A stretch of 63,905 bases of DNA, the filler included, from Aduncisulcus paluster (taxonomy: Eukaryota), in the NCBI GenBank assembly GCA_024181965.1. It is 15 parts of 15 records of this genome, joined end to end, with 100 filler letters (N's around TTAATTAATTAA, not from the genome) between each part and the next. Parts side by side here need not be neighbours in the genome. Positions count along the whole stretch, not along the records: positions 61,623 to 63,905 come from BQXS01011610.1; 14 more parts are not named here. One strand, given 5' to 3'. Shown here one piece after another: positions 62,162-63,905 of the stretch. The notes below the pieces were generated by a model that made no database searches, was not told the DNA's origin, and was given only the letters and a program-made list of their open reading frames with translations. The translations under genes and the position numbers were made by a program. How positions within the stretch are numbered: position 1 is the first letter of the stretch; each line of letters opens with the position of its first letter.

Positions 62162-63905
62162 GAGAATTTTAAACAGTCACCACAGACCGATTTGACAACG
62201 AAATCTTTGTCGGATTATATCTCTGCTTTTGTGGATTTGATCGAGGCAGCACCAGAAGCACTGGACGGTATTTCACTATCAAGGCTTTTTGTATCCGGTT
62301 TGTTCACAAAAAGGCTGCGGGTGCGGGTTTCGACAGCAATTGGACCAGACTGCGACAAATTTGAGGAGGCCGTAAAGAGTTCCTTCGTTGAACTAGCTGC
62401 TGTTAACAGGAGTTTGGAGGAAGGGAGATTGGTTCAGAAACAGATCGACTATGAAAAGCGAAGCAGCAACAAACCTCCTACAAAACCGTCAAAACGTCGT
62501 TTCTCAGAAAAGGGACAGCCACACAACAAGCAAAATGGAAAGCGTTTTGGTGGCGGGGAAGCACGTAGAAAACAGTCTACCGAACCTAAGAAACCGTTGA
62601 AGTTCAGCAAGGGGATCATCTGTAGGATCTGTAAAAAGGAGGGTCATTACTCTTATCAATGTCCTAACAAGGAGAGTAAATCCTCAGATGAGTACCTGGT
62701 TGAAATTAAATCAACAACGACAAGTCGGGATTTTGGTCTCAGGAGTTTCGTGAAAATCAAGGACAAGGTGGTTGGTGATGTCTCATGTCTGCCGGACACC
62801 GGTGCAGATAGGTCTGTGATAAGTTCGTCTTTGGTCACGGATCTGGGAGCTCAGGTCAAGACTTCGATGGTGAAAAGTATATCTTTGGCTGACGGGAGCT
62901 CTACTAAAGTCTTGGGAGAAGTAGAGATACATCTGAGGATACCAGGATATGATGGATGCTCACTCAGTTTTAATGAGAACTGCTTAGTGATTGACATGGT
63001 GAATGATGGTCAACATCAGGTTTTAATCGGGAAGGATACGGTCCTAAAACAGAAATTATTGGAATGGGATCAACCAGCGAAGAGGCTAAAACATTCGGAA
63101 TTGGAAAAGGAATTGAACACCGAGTTTGTGGAATTCTTTCCGGACATGGATGGAAAATGGTCATGCGATATACCTGAACTGAAGAGGAGTATTGCAGAAT
63201 TATTGGCCAAGTATAAGGAAAAAATCAATGTAATGAAACCAGCAAAAGTGGAAAAATTCAGCATGAAATTGATTAGAGAGCATTATCCACCGACATGTAA
63301 GGCTCGAAGGATATCATTTCATATTGAAGGAGAAGTCAGACACATCATTGAGGATCTGCGTGATAAAGGATTCATAACACCATCAAAAAGTCCTTTCGCT
63401 GCACCTTTAGTGATTGACAGGAAACCATCGGGGAAACTACGGCTTTGCTGTGGTTATGTAAGGCTAAACAAAATAACAATAGATGATGAATACCCTTTAC
63501 CCCGACAAGACACCCTTTTCTCGGCCTTAGAAGGTCAAACAATCTTTGCAGCGTTAGATCTACGAAATGGTTACTATCACATAGAAGTTGAGGAAGCTAC
63601 GAAGAAAATGACGGCGTTCATTACACCGTTTGGATTATTCCAGTGGAATCGTATGCCTTTCGGACTTAAGACGGCTCCTGCACACTTTCAACGATGTATC
63701 AACGAAGTTTTAAAGGATTTGGTGCCCAAAACGTGCTTAATCTACTTAGACGATATTTTGGTTTTCGGTAATAACGAATTACAGTTTTTAGATAACTTAA
63801 AAAGTGTTTTGGAACGATTAGCGGAACATAACTTATGTCTAAATCTGGACAAATGTAAAATCGGGATGAGGAGAGTCCGTTATCTGGGTTTCAACATTTC
63901 ATCAC
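62162..63905 (+). mobile_element. Ty3/gypsy-type LTR retrotransposon gag-pol ORF (nucleocapsid, protease, RT), truncated at both ends
   Basis: Manually translated 581-codon open frame. CCHC knuckle CRICKKEGHYSYQC at 62621-62662, protease DTG at 62795-62803, and RT motifs SPFAAP, LDLRNGYYHI, TAFITPFG, MPFGLKTAPAHFQ, YLDD (63743-63754) and YLGF. Confidence 0.95.

Noticed and set aside
62053..62162. GTGAGT...AAG intron supplying a start codon for gag
   Set aside because: The upstream ATG at 62004 meets a TAG before the donor, and the intron is A-rich unlike host introns.
114..63264. Numerous short antisense or alternate-frame ORFs in the track
   Set aside because: They are shadows of longer genes or of low-complexity sequence.

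Overview
This is not a contiguous locus. It is 15 short draft contigs/scaffolds joined by artificial 100-nt linkers (N44-TTAATTAATTAA-N44), with four internal N20 gaps. The content is a compact, AT-rich eukaryotic protist genome using the standard code. It has short GTATGT...YAG introns, about 200-bp head-to-head gene spacing and Pol III tRNA genes. The expanded gene families (LRR/Cys-rich surface proteins, a ~165-aa 'IPF..GAYI..WYFLP.D' repeat family) resemble those I recall from the free-living fornicate Aduncisulcus paluster; this is an inference. Recognisable genes are a MutS (MSH4-like) fragment, a Ser/Thr kinase, a RING/B-box protein, an amino-acid transporter, a sirtuin, a Bet1-like SNARE, an acyl-CoA synthetase, a bacterial-like GNAT, a kinesin, VPS50-like, CEP131-like and BPI/LBP-like genes, tRNA-Pro and tRNA-Cys. 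The window ends in a Ty3/gypsy gag-pol ORF that the ORF track missed. The most notable observations are a candidate -1 frameshift cassette in a repeat-family gene, the rearranged LTR retrotransposon, a perfect 502-bp inverted surface-gene pair, many perfect 0.3-0.6 kb intragenic tandem duplications (probably artefacts), a probable LGT GNAT and a motif-dead kinesin-like protein.
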